Shown piece by piece: positions 29,388 to 38,660 of a stretch of 64,000 nt of DNA (position 1 is the first letter of the stretch; the number at the start of each line of letters is the position of its first letter). The position numbers and the translations under genes are program-made. The notes below the pieces were generated by a model. That model was not told the DNA's origin and did no database searches. It saw only the letters and a program-made list of their open reading frames with translations. Source of the DNA: Gemmatimonadota bacterium. Its GTDB lineage: Bacteria; Gemmatimonadota; Gemmatimonadetes; Longimicrobiales; RSA9. The stretch spans positions 27,086 to 91,085 of the forward strand of contig JBBEBA010000054.1 in the NCBI GenBank assembly GCA_040882575.1, in the 5' to 3' direction.

Positions 29388-30890
29388 CTAACGCCGCTCG
29401 CGTTCGAGCTGGAATCCCGGATCGATAGTGGGCCGCTGCTGCGCGTTCGCGGCGAGCCAGCCGGTCGCATACAGCCACCGGGTCATGCGCGCGAGCTTGG
29501 CGACATCGATGCGGTCGGGATTGTCGCCGGGCGTGTGGTAGTCGCGGTGTAGCAGCGTGGTGAAGAACAGCGCTGGCACGCGCTCCTGCGCGTACGGCAG
29601 ATGATCGCTGCGGAAGTACCAACCTTCCGGGTGCGACGCGCGGTCCCAGCTGCTGTCGATGGCGAAGCCGGCGACGCTGCGGTTTGCGTCGAGGGCCATC
29701 TGGACGAGAGGCGTGGAATTGCGGTGCGGCGGGATCACGCCGAGCAGAGCTGCGGAGTCGGGATGGTTGCGGCCGATCATGTCGCCGTTCAGCACGGCCA
29801 CGATCGACTGCAGCGGCACGACGGGGAACTGCGCGTGCCAGAGGGAGCCGTTGAGCCCCTTGTCCTCTGCGCCATGCCAGACGAACAGCGCGGAGCGACG
29901 CGCGGGGTGGCGGACCCAGGCACGGGCGATGGCGAGCAGCGCCACGCTGGTCGAGGCATTGTCATCAGCGCCGTTGAAGATGGAATCACCGTTCACGGGC
30001 GCGCGTACGCCATCGTGGTCCTGGTGGGCGCTGAAGAGAACGTACTCGTTGCGCAGAGCGGGATCGGTACCGGGCACGACGCCAATGATGTTGACGGATG
30101 GCACCGTGAAATGGTCGGCGTGCACGTCGACGATCGCGCGAGCCGCAGCCTGCAGCGGCGCAGCGTAGCGGCTGCGAACGAGCAGCGTCGGCGCGCGGCT
30201 CGGCACGTTGAGCGGCTGGCCGAGCTCACGGGTGAAGCTGCCGCGCATCTGGTTGGTCGCGGCGAAATCGAACAGCGTCTCGAGCGCGGCATCCGCAACC
30301 ACGAACACGGCGGCCGCGCCGCGCTCGAGCCACGGCCGCGCGGCGGCGTTCACGGTACGCGTGATGAAGTAGCGTGCGGCCAGTGTATCCGGTGTGGGTA
30401 CCGGTTCGCTGCTGCGCGCCGCTACCGCGACGATGCGGCCTGCCACGTCCTTTTCCGCGGCAACCGCTGCGTCCGCATCCTCGATCCAGACGACGGGCCC
30501 GCTGGCGGTAGCCTGTGTCGCGCTCATGATCACGGCGTCCTGCCAGATGCGCAGGGTATCCCCAGCGACCGCGATGGTGCTGGTCGTGCCAGGCCGGATA
30601 CGGCGCAGGGGGAACCACTGGAAGTACGTACTATCGGGCGCCGCAGTGCGCAGACCGATCACGCGGGCGCGATCGGCGAGCCACGTGGACGCGCGGATCT
30701 CGTCGAGCGTGCCGGCCTCGCGGCCGCCGAAATGGTCGCCGGCAAGCGCGAACAGGTCAGCACGCAACTCCGGCTCGGTGATCAGCGCGATGCCGGGGAA
30801 TTCGGCGGGCGGCAAGGCCAGCGGCGCGGGTTGCGCAGTCGAGCATGCGGCGAACAGCGTCGCCAGGAAGACGAGCGGCAGGACACGCAT
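29388..30890 (-). CDS. M28 family metallopeptidase (lipoprotein)
   Basis: Lipobox FAAC; GREAG, SAHQDHDG, NGADDNAS, GAEDKGL, RSDH and DYHTPGD motifs. Confidence 0.88.
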   Translation of the reverse strand: MRVLPLVFLATLFAACSTAQPAPLALPPAEFPGIALITEPELRADLFALAGDHFGGREAGTLDEIRASTWLADRARVIGLRTAAPDSTYFQWFPLRRIRPGTTSTIAVAGDTLRIWQDAVIMSATQATASGPVVWIEDADAAVAAEKDVAGRIVAVAARSSEPVPTPDTLAARYFITRTVNAAARPWLERGAAAVFVVADAALETLFDFAATNQMRGSFTRELGQPLNVPSRAPTLLVRSRYAAPLQAAARAIVDVHADHFTVPSVNIIGVVPGTDPALRNEYVLFSAHQDHDGVRAPVNGDSIFNGADDNASTSVALLAIARAWVRHPARRSALFVWHGAEDKGLNGSLWHAQFPVVPLQSIVAVLNGDMIGRNHPDSAALLGVIPPHRNSTPLVQMALDANRSVAGFAIDSSWDRASHPEGWYFRSDHLPYAQERVPALFFTTLLHRDYHTPGDNPDRIDVAKLARMTRWLYATGWLAANAQQRPTIDPGFQLERERR

Positions 30891-30930
30891 GAGGCTTACC
30901 TCGTTCCAGCGGGAACGCGCCGTGAGGGGA

Positions 30931-30963
30931 AATACAAAAGCCGCCGGCCGGGAAGGCGACTTC
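30931..30963 (-). terminator. probable terminator after the tRNA-Gly/tRNA-Cys pair
   Basis: Minus strand reads GAAGTCGCC-N9-GGCGGCTTT-TGTATT. Confidence 0.55.
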
Positions 30964-30966
30964 AAA

Positions 30967-31037
30967 AGGCCCCGGGCGGATTCGAACCGCCGATAAAGGT
31001 TTTGCAGACCTTCGCCTTACCACTTGGCTACGGGGCC
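30967..31037 (-). tRNA. tRNA-Cys (GCA), CCA not encoded
   Basis: GGCCCCGTAGCCAAGTGGTAAGGCGAAGGTCTGCAAAACCTTTATCGGCGGTTCGAATCCGCCCGGGGCCT. Confidence 0.95.
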
Positions 31038-31061
31038 GGGGCATGTCCCCGAGGCATGAAG

Positions 31062-31134
31062 AGCGGGAAACCGGGTTGGAACCGGCGACCTTCACGTTGG
31101 CAACGTGACGCTCTACCAACTGAGCTATTCCCGC
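31062..31134 (-). tRNA. tRNA-Gly (GCC), CCA not encoded
   Basis: GCGGGAATAGCTCAGTTGGTAGAGCGTCACGTTGCCAACGTGAAGGTCGCCGGTTCCAACCCGGTTTCCCGCT. Confidence 0.92.
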
Positions 31135-31192
31135 GGCACGCATGCCAAAAACGTACCCCGGCAGGCACGCATCGTCAAGGTGCGGAGCCGTG

Positions 31193-33088
31193 TCAGCGAC
31201 GTCGCTTCTTCGACGTCGTGCGGGGTACAGCGGGCTCGGCGGCCTTGACGAGTGCCCACGCGAGGAACCCTGCGAGCGCTGCGTGGTGCGGGTGCAGCGC
31301 GGCACCAGTCGATGGATCGTACGCCGCAGCGGCGACGCCGGCGGGCAGGCTGATGCGCAGGAGACGATCGAGCGCGGGTTGCGGCTCGTGGCCGAGCAGG
31401 TCTGCGCACAGGGCCGCGACCTCCGCCTGTGCCGGCTGCGACCGGCCGGCGAGGCCGGGCACGACGCCGTCGCGCCAGAGCGGATAGCGGCGCGAGCGCA
31501 GATAATCCATGGTGTCGCTCCAGACCGGATCGTCGACCGCGCAGAAGCCGAAGAACGGCGCGAGCGCGAGGCTCATGGCGGGGTCATCGTAGACGGCGGC
31601 CTGGCCGTCGAGGCTCGCCGATGACGCGAGGACGGTCTGGCCATTGACGTCGGTGACGCAGTGCTGCCAGATGGCGGCGGCGACCTCGCCGGCGGCGCCA
31701 TCGAGGCGCGGTGGCGGCTCCGGCGGATCGGGCCACGGCAGGCGCGGCAATGCCAGGCAGAACGCATGAAGCAGCACGTTGCCCATTGTAGTGAACGGGT
31801 AATCGGCGGGCTCACCGGAAGGCAGTACGTCGCTGCTGCCGAGCACGTACTGCGGGTGCAGCCGCGCGAACGCGGCCGAATCCGTCTCGAGCAGGATCTG
31901 CCGGACGAGCGGCTCGTCTGTCAGCGTGGTGTCGCCCGTCGCCGCGACGTAGTGGTCGATGATCCACGGATAGAGCAGAAACTGCTCCAGGGCAAAACCG
32001 GGATCGAACGCGCCGCCGTCGATGTAGCGGGTGTGTTCGCCCGACCTCTCGGAAAACGATTCCAGAACCCGCAGGATCGCCTCACGACCGACGGCTGGAT
32101 CGGCGATGATGAGCGCGGGCACGGTCCAGAAGATGGCCTCACGCTCGTTGAACAGAGCCGGCGCAGCGCACGCGGGCGAGCGGGAGCGGAGGAGGTACAG
32201 GCGGTCGTCGTCGATCCCCCTGCCGGTGGCGAAGTACCGATTGAAGACGAGGTTGCGGTTGAGCAGCTCGGCCCACCGGTGGTCCTGACCCGATCGCAGC
32301 GTCTGCGACAGGTCGAGGCGGGCCTGATGTAAGCCATGATCCGCGCCGCCGCGGCGCAGCGAACGCGAGGCGGCGAGCGCACCATCCCGTTCCGGTCCGG
32401 CACCGCCGAAGAAGCTGAGCGCTGCGCGCTGGCGCGACGGCACGGCCGCGGTCTGCGTGATGGTGGCCGCGACCGGCGTGCCGTTCTCCGCCTCCACCAC
32501 CGCGCCAGCCGGCAGCGCTCGCGCTCCATCGCCGATGGCGGCGCCCGGTGCGTGCAGCGAGACGGCCAGGCTCCCGCACAGGGCGAGCGCAGGGCCGCGA
32601 CCGCCATCCGCCTCCAGGACCAGCGCGGTGCCGTCGTCATTGACGGACAGCCGGTTCGAGCCGGGCAGCGGCCGGGCCGTCGCGATCCGCAGCCTGCTCC
32701 ACCGCCAGCGCACATCGAGCTCGACGCGTACCGTCTTCGGCGCCCGGCCGCGGTTCTCGACCTCGATTCGCAGCAGGAAGCCGCGTGCCGCTGGCAGGCC
32801 GCCGGGCGCGCACACGACACCGGAGACGACGTCGCCTGCGGCCGTCGTGAGGGAGAAGGTCGGGATCCAGCGGTCGAGACGACGCCAGCGGGCGTCGGTC
32901 ATCGGCACGAGTTCGTCGTCGATGTAGATCCTCGGCAGCAGCAGCGGCTCGTCCGGTCCTGCGCCCGCCCACTCCACGAGGCCGGCCATACGACCGTGCA
33001 GCACGTTGATCCCATCGAGCGAGCCATCGTCGCCGACGAATGGAATACTTGCGTAGTCGTTTCCGGTCAGGTCCTGCGGTGGCGCCAT
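31193..33088 (-). CDS. glycoside hydrolase family 125-like (alpha/alpha)6-barrel protein with N-terminal beta domain
   Basis: LPSGEPADYPF..MGNVL and YDDPAMSLALAPFFGFCAVDDPVWSDT resemble the GH125 PSDD..Y..N and DD..SL..LP..G...DDPVY..T motifs. Confidence 0.6.
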   Translation of the reverse strand: MAPPQDLTGNDYASIPFVGDDGSLDGINVLHGRMAGLVEWAGAGPDEPLLLPRIYIDDELVPMTDARWRRLDRWIPTFSLTTAAGDVVSGVVCAPGGLPAARGFLLRIEVENRGRAPKTVRVELDVRWRWSRLRIATARPLPGSNRLSVNDDGTALVLEADGGRGPALALCGSLAVSLHAPGAAIGDGARALPAGAVVEAENGTPVAATITQTAAVPSRQRAALSFFGGAGPERDGALAASRSLRRGGADHGLHQARLDLSQTLRSGQDHRWAELLNRNLVFNRYFATGRGIDDDRLYLLRSRSPACAAPALFNEREAIFWTVPALIIADPAVGREAILRVLESFSERSGEHTRYIDGGAFDPGFALEQFLLYPWIIDHYVAATGDTTLTDEPLVRQILLETDSAAFARLHPQYVLGSSDVLPSGEPADYPFTTMGNVLLHAFCLALPRLPWPDPPEPPPRLDGAAGEVAAAIWQHCVTDVNGQTVLASSASLDGQAAVYDDPAMSLALAPFFGFCAVDDPVWSDTMDYLRSRRYPLWRDGVVPGLAGRSQPAQAEVAALCADLLGHEPQPALDRLLRISLPAGVAAAAYDPSTGAALHPHHAALAGFLAWALVKAAEPAVPRTTSKKRRR

Positions 33089-33141
33089 GCGGCAGAGTAT
33101 CGCGCGCCGTCGACAGGCCGTCAAACGCGCTGCGGCCGTTC

Positions 33142-33170
33142 TTGACCGCGTCTCCCGCCCGGAATATACT
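33142..33170 (+). promoter_or_regulatory. sigma70-type promoter of the TonB-dependent receptor
   Basis: TTGACC-N17-TATACT. Confidence 0.7.
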
Positions 33171-33255
33171 GAACCGCACCATCGCGACTCCCCTATTGCA
33201 CACCCGAAGTCAGCGCAGACCAACCGGAAATCACCTCAGAGATCACGGGGCAAGT

Positions 33256-36063
33256 ATGCGTTCCACGCTGAAGATGTGCTTCCTCGCCGCAGTCATGATC
33301 GTCGTCGTTCCCGCCGACGGATGGGCACAGAACGGTACGATCACGGGACTGGTCACTGATGCGGAGTCACTGCGTCCTGTGGTCAATGCCCGTGTCGAGG
33401 CGTTCGAACCCGATGGTCGACCGGCCGGGTCCACCATGACGAACAACGATGGCAGGTTCCGGCTGGCAGTGGACGCGGGCACGTACAACCTGAGCGTGCA
33501 GAGTGTGGGTTATGCGGCGACCGAGCAACGATCCGTGGTCGTGCCGGCGGGCGGCAGCGTCACTGCGAACGTCGCCCTCACGATCAGCGCATTTCAGCTG
33601 AACCCGGTAGTGGTTTCGGCATCGAAGCGCGAGGAGAAGGCGACGGATGCGCCGGCACACGTCGAGGTCGTGACCGAGCAGGAGATCGCGCTGCGGCCCG
33701 CGCTGTCACCCACCGATCACCTGCGGTCGGTACCCGGGATCGATGTGATCACGCAGGGCGTTCAATCCTCGAACGTCGTAGCGCGCGGCTTCAACAACGT
33801 GTTCTCCGGATCGCTGCACATGATCACGGACAACCGGCTCGCGGGCGTGCCCTCGCTGCGTGTGAACGTGCCCTATTTCGTGCCGACTACGAACGAGGAC
33901 CTGCAGCGCATAGAGGTTGTGCTCGGGCCGGGCGCCGCGCTGTATGGCCCGAACACGGCGTCCGGCGTGCTGCACATGATCACGAAGTCGCCGCTCATCG
34001 ACCCCGGTACGACGGTCAGCCTGACGGGCGGCGAGCAGGACATTTTTCAGGGCAGTGTCCGCACGGCGCACAGGCTGACGGACCGGCTCGGTGTGAAGCT
34101 GTCGGCGCAGTACCTGACGGGCACGGAATGGGACTACGTGGACCCCGATGAAGCGGCGGAGCGGGCGAAATTCGCGGCGGACCCGTTTTTCCGGCAGGAC
34201 CTGATCCGCTCGACGGGCATCAGCGAGGCGGAAGCGGACCGCCGCATCGCGGCGATCGGCAATCGCGACATGGACATCAGCCGGTGGACCGGCGAGGGGC
34301 GCGTGGACTGGCTGATCACGCCGGACCTGTCGACCGTGGTCCAGGCGGGCGTATCGAACGTAGGCACTGGAGTGGAGTTGACGGGACTCGGGGCGGGACA
34401 GATCGACGACTGGCGCTCCAGCTACGTGCAGACGCGGGCGAACTGGAAGCGGCTGTTCGCGCAGGTCTACATGAACATGAGCGACGCCGGCGAGACGTAC
34501 CTGCTGCGGACCGGCCAGCCGATCATCGACGAATCCACGCTGCTCGTCGGGCAGGTCCAGCACGGGTTCGATCTAGGCGGTCGCCAGTCGTTCACGTACG
34601 GGCTCGACTACTTCCATACGAACCCGCAGACGGAAGGCACGATCAACGGCATCTACGAGGACGAGGACGAGACGACGGAGGTCGGCGGTTACGTGCAGTC
34701 CGAGACCGCACTCACTCCGAAGTTCGATCTAGTGCTGGCCGGTCGGCTCGACGATCACAGTGCGCTGCCGGACGTCATCTTCTCGCCACGCGCGGCGCTC
34801 GTCTTCAAGCCGGTCGAGAACCAGGCGATCCGCGCGACGTACAACCAGGCGTTCTCGACGCCAACGTCGCTGAACCAGTTCCTGGATCTGGCGACGTCCG
34901 TGCCGGATCAGGCGACGAAGGAGCTGAACGCGATTGCCGCACGACTCGGCTACAGCGTGCGCGTGCAGGGCACTGGAACGAGCGGGTTCACGTTCCGGGA
35001 GGGCGGTGCCTACCAGATGCGCTCTCCGTTCTCGCCCGCGCTCGGCATCGGCCCGTCCGAGACACTCCTCCCCGCGAACGCCGCGCTGTTCTACCCGGCG
35101 GCACTCGGAGCAGCCCTTCAAGGTGGCGCAGGAGCGCACCCGCTCATGACGCCGGCGCGGATCCAGTTCCTGGCGGGGCTGCGTCCGACGGCCGCCGATG
35201 TCGGCACGAACTTCATTGAAGGAACGAGCAGCTTTCCGATCGCCGACCTGAACCTGGCCGACATCCAGCCGATCCGGGAGACCACGACCACGACCTACGA
35301 ACTCGGGTATCAAGGCGTCGTCCGGGAGAGGTTCTCGATTGCCGCCGATGTCTGGTCTTCGCAGATCGAGGACTTCGTGACACCACTCACGGTGACGACG
35401 CCGTTCCTTTCGCTCAATGGACCGGAGCTCGGCACCTATATCGCGACTCAGCTGGCGACGAGCGGCCAGGCATCGCCCGCGGACGCCCAGGCGCTGGCCG
35501 CGTTCCTGACACCTCTGCTCGCGCGGGTGCCGGTCGGCGTCATCTCGTCGACCGACGTGAACGCGACGGGCGCGCAGATGCTCGCGACCTACACGAACGT
35601 GGATGAAACCCTTGACGTCTGGGGCGCGGACATTGGCGTACAGGCATTGCTCACGCCGGTGATCTCGCTGTCGCTCAACGGGTCGATCGTCAGCGACGAC
35701 CATTTTGAGACGAGCGTGGGCGTAGTCACGCTGAACGCGCCGAAGCGGAAGGGCGCGATCGCCCTCGCGTACCGGCCGGAGGAGGGCGGCCTGAACGGCG
35801 AGATCCGCGCGCGCTACAACACGGAGTTCCCGGTCAAGTCGGGCGTGTACGAAGGCACGGCCTGTCTCGGCGACAACCTGTCGCAGCCATGCGTCGAGAG
35901 CTTCACGCTGCTCGACCTCAGCGTCGGCTACGAGCTGCCGCAGCTGCGCGGCGCGTCGGTCCAGTTCTCCGTGCAGAACGTGCTCGATGAGGACTACCGC
36001 AGCTTCCCGGGCGTGCCGAACATCGGGCGGCTCGCTCTGCTGCGGCTGAAGTACGACTTCTAG
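33256..36063 (+). CDS. TonB-dependent receptor with N-terminal carboxypeptidase-regulatory-like domain
   Basis: Signal peptide; GTITGLVTD; VVVSASK TonB-box region; RIEVVLGPGAALYG plug motif; VQNVLDEDY; C-terminal KYDF. Confidence 0.92.
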   Translation: MRSTLKMCFLAAVMIVVVPADGWAQNGTITGLVTDAESLRPVVNARVEAFEPDGRPAGSTMTNNDGRFRLAVDAGTYNLSVQSVGYAATEQRSVVVPAGGSVTANVALTISAFQLNPVVVSASKREEKATDAPAHVEVVTEQEIALRPALSPTDHLRSVPGIDVITQGVQSSNVVARGFNNVFSGSLHMITDNRLAGVPSLRVNVPYFVPTTNEDLQRIEVVLGPGAALYGPNTASGVLHMITKSPLIDPGTTVSLTGGEQDIFQGSVRTAHRLTDRLGVKLSAQYLTGTEWDYVDPDEAAERAKFAADPFFRQDLIRSTGISEAEADRRIAAIGNRDMDISRWTGEGRVDWLITPDLSTVVQAGVSNVGTGVELTGLGAGQIDDWRSSYVQTRANWKRLFAQVYMNMSDAGETYLLRTGQPIIDESTLLVGQVQHGFDLGGRQSFTYGLDYFHTNPQTEGTINGIYEDEDETTEVGGYVQSETALTPKFDLVLAGRLDDHSALPDVIFSPRAALVFKPVENQAIRATYNQAFSTPTSLNQFLDLATSVPDQATKELNAIAARLGYSVRVQGTGTSGFTFREGGAYQMRSPFSPALGIGPSETLLPANAALFYPAALGAALQGGAGAHPLMTPARIQFLAGLRPTAADVGTNFIEGTSSFPIADLNLADIQPIRETTTTTYELGYQGVVRERFSIAADVWSSQIEDFVTPLTVTTPFLSLNGPELGTYIATQLATSGQASPADAQALAAFLTPLLARVPVGVISSTDVNATGAQMLATYTNVDETLDVWGADIGVQALLTPVISLSLNGSIVSDDHFETSVGVVTLNAPKRKGAIALAYRPEEGGLNGEIRARYNTEFPVKSGVYEGTACLGDNLSQPCVESFTLLDLSVGYELPQLRGASVQFSVQNVLDEDYRSFPGVPNIGRLALLRLKYDF

Positions 36064-37724
36064 CCCGATGCGCCGAGCAGCTCGCGCGCGTGCTCGATGC
36101 TGACCTCGCTCTCGGGGTCGCCACCGAGCAGGCGCGCGAGCTCGCGCACGCGGTCTTCGCCCGTGAGCGGGTGCACGGCGGTCGCCGTGATGCCGCCCGC
36201 ATCGGTCTTCTGCACGAAGAGATGGAGGTCCGCGCGTGAAGCGATCTGCGGCAGGTGCGTGATGACGAAGACCTGGTGATCGGAAGCAACGCGCTTGAGC
36301 TTGTCGCCAACCTGGTTCGCGACGCGACCGCCAATACCCGCATCGATCTCGTCGAATACCAGTGACGGAATCGAGTCCAGCTTCGCCAGCTCGGTCTTGA
36401 GTGCGAGCATGATGCGCGACAGCTCACCGCCGGATGCCACGCGTGCGAGCGGACGCGGCTCGAAGCCCGCGTTGACTGCGATCCTGAACTCGACGTCCTC
36501 CGCGCCAGACGCAGCGACTTCGTCGAGCGGTGTGAGCTCGATGGCGAACGTGGCGCCCGTCATGCCCAGCTCCGGCAGCACTGCCGCGATCGCGGCGACC
36601 AGGCGCTTCGCCCCCTTCTTCCGGGCGGCGCTCAGCCGGGCTGCCGCCGAGGCGAGCGCCTTCGCCGCGTCGTCGATCTCCCGTTCGATCCGGCCGCGAT
36701 CGAGCGCGGAGCTGTCGAGGGCGGACAGCTCCTCGCGCGCGGCTGCGGCGGTCCGGATCACGTCGTCCAGCTCCGGCCCGTACTTTCGCTTCAGCCGGAA
36801 CAGCAGGTCCTGACGGCGGCGCAACTTCTCCAGGCGCGGCGGATCATCCTCGATCGCCGATGCGTACACGCCCATGTCGCGACCCATCTCCTCCAGACCG
36901 AAGAGAGCGCTCTCGACGGTCTCGCGCCATTGCTCGAGCGACGGATCGATGCGTGTGAGCTGCTCCAGCAAGCGGCGCACCTCTGCCAGGCGCGCGCCGA
37001 TCGCGTGCTCGCCGGCGTACAGCTCCGAGTGCAGCGTCGAAGCGAGACCGGACAGCTCGGCCGCATGCGCGAGCCGGCGCGATTCGGTCTCGAGCTCCTG
37101 CTCCTCACCCGGTTCGAGCCGAGCCCGATCGATTTCTTCGAGCTGAAACCGCAGGAAGTCGGCACGCTGCTCGGTCTCGCGGACGCGCCTGTCGAGCTCG
37201 GCGAGGCGCGTGCGGGCGAGGCGCAGCTGATCGTGGCGCAACGCCACATCGGTGGCGGCGTCAACCGCATCGGCGTATGCGTCCAGCACTGCCCGCTGCT
37301 GTCGCGGGCGGAGCAGCGACTGATGCTCGTGCTGGCCGTGCAGATCGACCAGCAATGCGCCGAGCTCGCCCAGCAGCGACACCGTGGACGCCGCGCCGTT
37401 CACCCACACACGGCCGCGACCGCCGACGGCGATCTCGCGCCTGACGATGAGGAAGCCGTCCTCCGGCTCCATGCCGTGCGCCGCGAGCAGCGCCAGCACC
37501 GGCGCATTGGCGACGACATCGAATACGCCTTCGACGACAGCGCGTTCCGCTCCGACGCGCACGACATCGGCTGAGGCGCGTTCGCCGAGCAGCAATGACA
37601 GCGCACCGACGATGATGGACTTGCCCGCACCGGTCTCGCCGGTCAGTGCATTGAGGCCGGGCCCGAGTCGCACGGCGAGACGGTCGATGACGGCGAAATC
37701 CTGGATGCGGAGCTCGGTGAGCAT
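36060..37724 (-). CDS. recN: DNA repair protein RecN
   Basis: TGETGAGKS, HGQHE, ASGGELSR, FDEIDAG and ITHLPQIA motifs. Confidence 0.96.
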   Translation of the reverse strand: MLTELRIQDFAVIDRLAVRLGPGLNALTGETGAGKSIIVGALSLLLGERASADVVRVGAERAVVEGVFDVVANAPVLALLAAHGMEPEDGFLIVRREIAVGGRGRVWVNGAASTVSLLGELGALLVDLHGQHEHQSLLRPRQQRAVLDAYADAVDAATDVALRHDQLRLARTRLAELDRRVRETEQRADFLRFQLEEIDRARLEPGEEQELETESRRLAHAAELSGLASTLHSELYAGEHAIGARLAEVRRLLEQLTRIDPSLEQWRETVESALFGLEEMGRDMGVYASAIEDDPPRLEKLRRRQDLLFRLKRKYGPELDDVIRTAAAAREELSALDSSALDRGRIEREIDDAAKALASAAARLSAARKKGAKRLVAAIAAVLPELGMTGATFAIELTPLDEVAASGAEDVEFRIAVNAGFEPRPLARVASGGELSRIMLALKTELAKLDSIPSLVFDEIDAGIGGRVANQVGDKLKRVASDHQVFVITHLPQIASRADLHLFVQKTDAGGITATAVHPLTGEDRVRELARLLGGDPESEVSIEHARELLGASG

Positions 37725-37775
37725 GCCGTGAAACTACGCGTGCGGTGCGGGGCGGTTCAATAGCTGACGGAAGCG

Positions 37776-38660
37776 TCAGTGACTGACGACGTCGGTATTT
37801 TCGAGGCCCCAGTGCAGCTTGCGGCGCAGCGTATCGAAGAAGTTCTGGCCGGCGAACCGGACGAGAGGCACGGTCGGCTGGCCGCGCCGCACGACCAGGC
37901 GGTCACCCGGGCGCAACTCGGCGCCATCCTGGCCGTCCACGGTGAGGATGACCTCATCGATGCCGGACAGCGGGGCGATGGTCACCTCGAGGTCCATGGG
38001 CAGCACGAGCGGTCGCACGACGAGCGTGTGCGGCGAGATCGGCGTGGCGAGGATGCAGTCGAGGCTCGGCACGATAATGGGGCCGCCCGCGGACAGCGAG
38101 TACGCCGTGGAGCCCGTGGGCGTGGCGAGGATGATGCCGTCGGCAGTGTACGTGCCGATCTCCTGCTGGTCCGGCCCGACGCGTATCGCGAGACGGATCA
38201 CGCGCGCGAATCCGCCCTTGTGCAGGACGGCGTCGTTGAGCGCAATGAAGCATTCGTCCGTCGCGCCGGCGGCATCCTGCACGCGCGCTTCGAGGGTCGA
38301 TCGGACGTCGAGCCAGTAGTCGCCGCGGAAGAGGCTGTCGAGGCGCGGCGTCAGCTCCGACAGCGGCACGGATGTGAGGAAGCCGAGGTGCCCGAGGTTC
38401 ACGCCGAGCACGGGGATGTGCGCGGCGGCGACCATCCGTGCGCCACGCAGCAGTGTGCCGTCGCCACCGAGCGTGATGAGCAGGTCGATGTCCGGCGCCT
38501 CGAACGGACGGGTACCGGGCGCGTGCTTCGCCAGGGCCTCCTCGACCAGCAGCTCCGCGCCCACCCGCTCGGCGATGCGCTGCAGGTCGGCAATGGTCGA
38601 GCGGATGGAGGCGTGGCCGGGATTGCCGGCCACACCGATGCGGCGGAAGCCGCTCGCCAT
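37776..38660 (-). CDS. nadK: NAD+ kinase
   Basis: LGGDGTLL, NLGHLGFL, ALND and TPTGSTAYSLSAGG motifs. Confidence 0.94.
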   Translation of the reverse strand: MASGFRRIGVAGNPGHASIRSTIADLQRIAERVGAELLVEEALAKHAPGTRPFEAPDIDLLITLGGDGTLLRGARMVAAAHIPVLGVNLGHLGFLTSVPLSELTPRLDSLFRGDYWLDVRSTLEARVQDAAGATDECFIALNDAVLHKGGFARVIRLAIRVGPDQQEIGTYTADGIILATPTGSTAYSLSAGGPIIVPSLDCILATPISPHTLVVRPLVLPMDLEVTIAPLSGIDEVILTVDGQDGAELRPGDRLVVRRGQPTVPLVRFAGQNFFDTLRRKLHWGLENTDVVSH

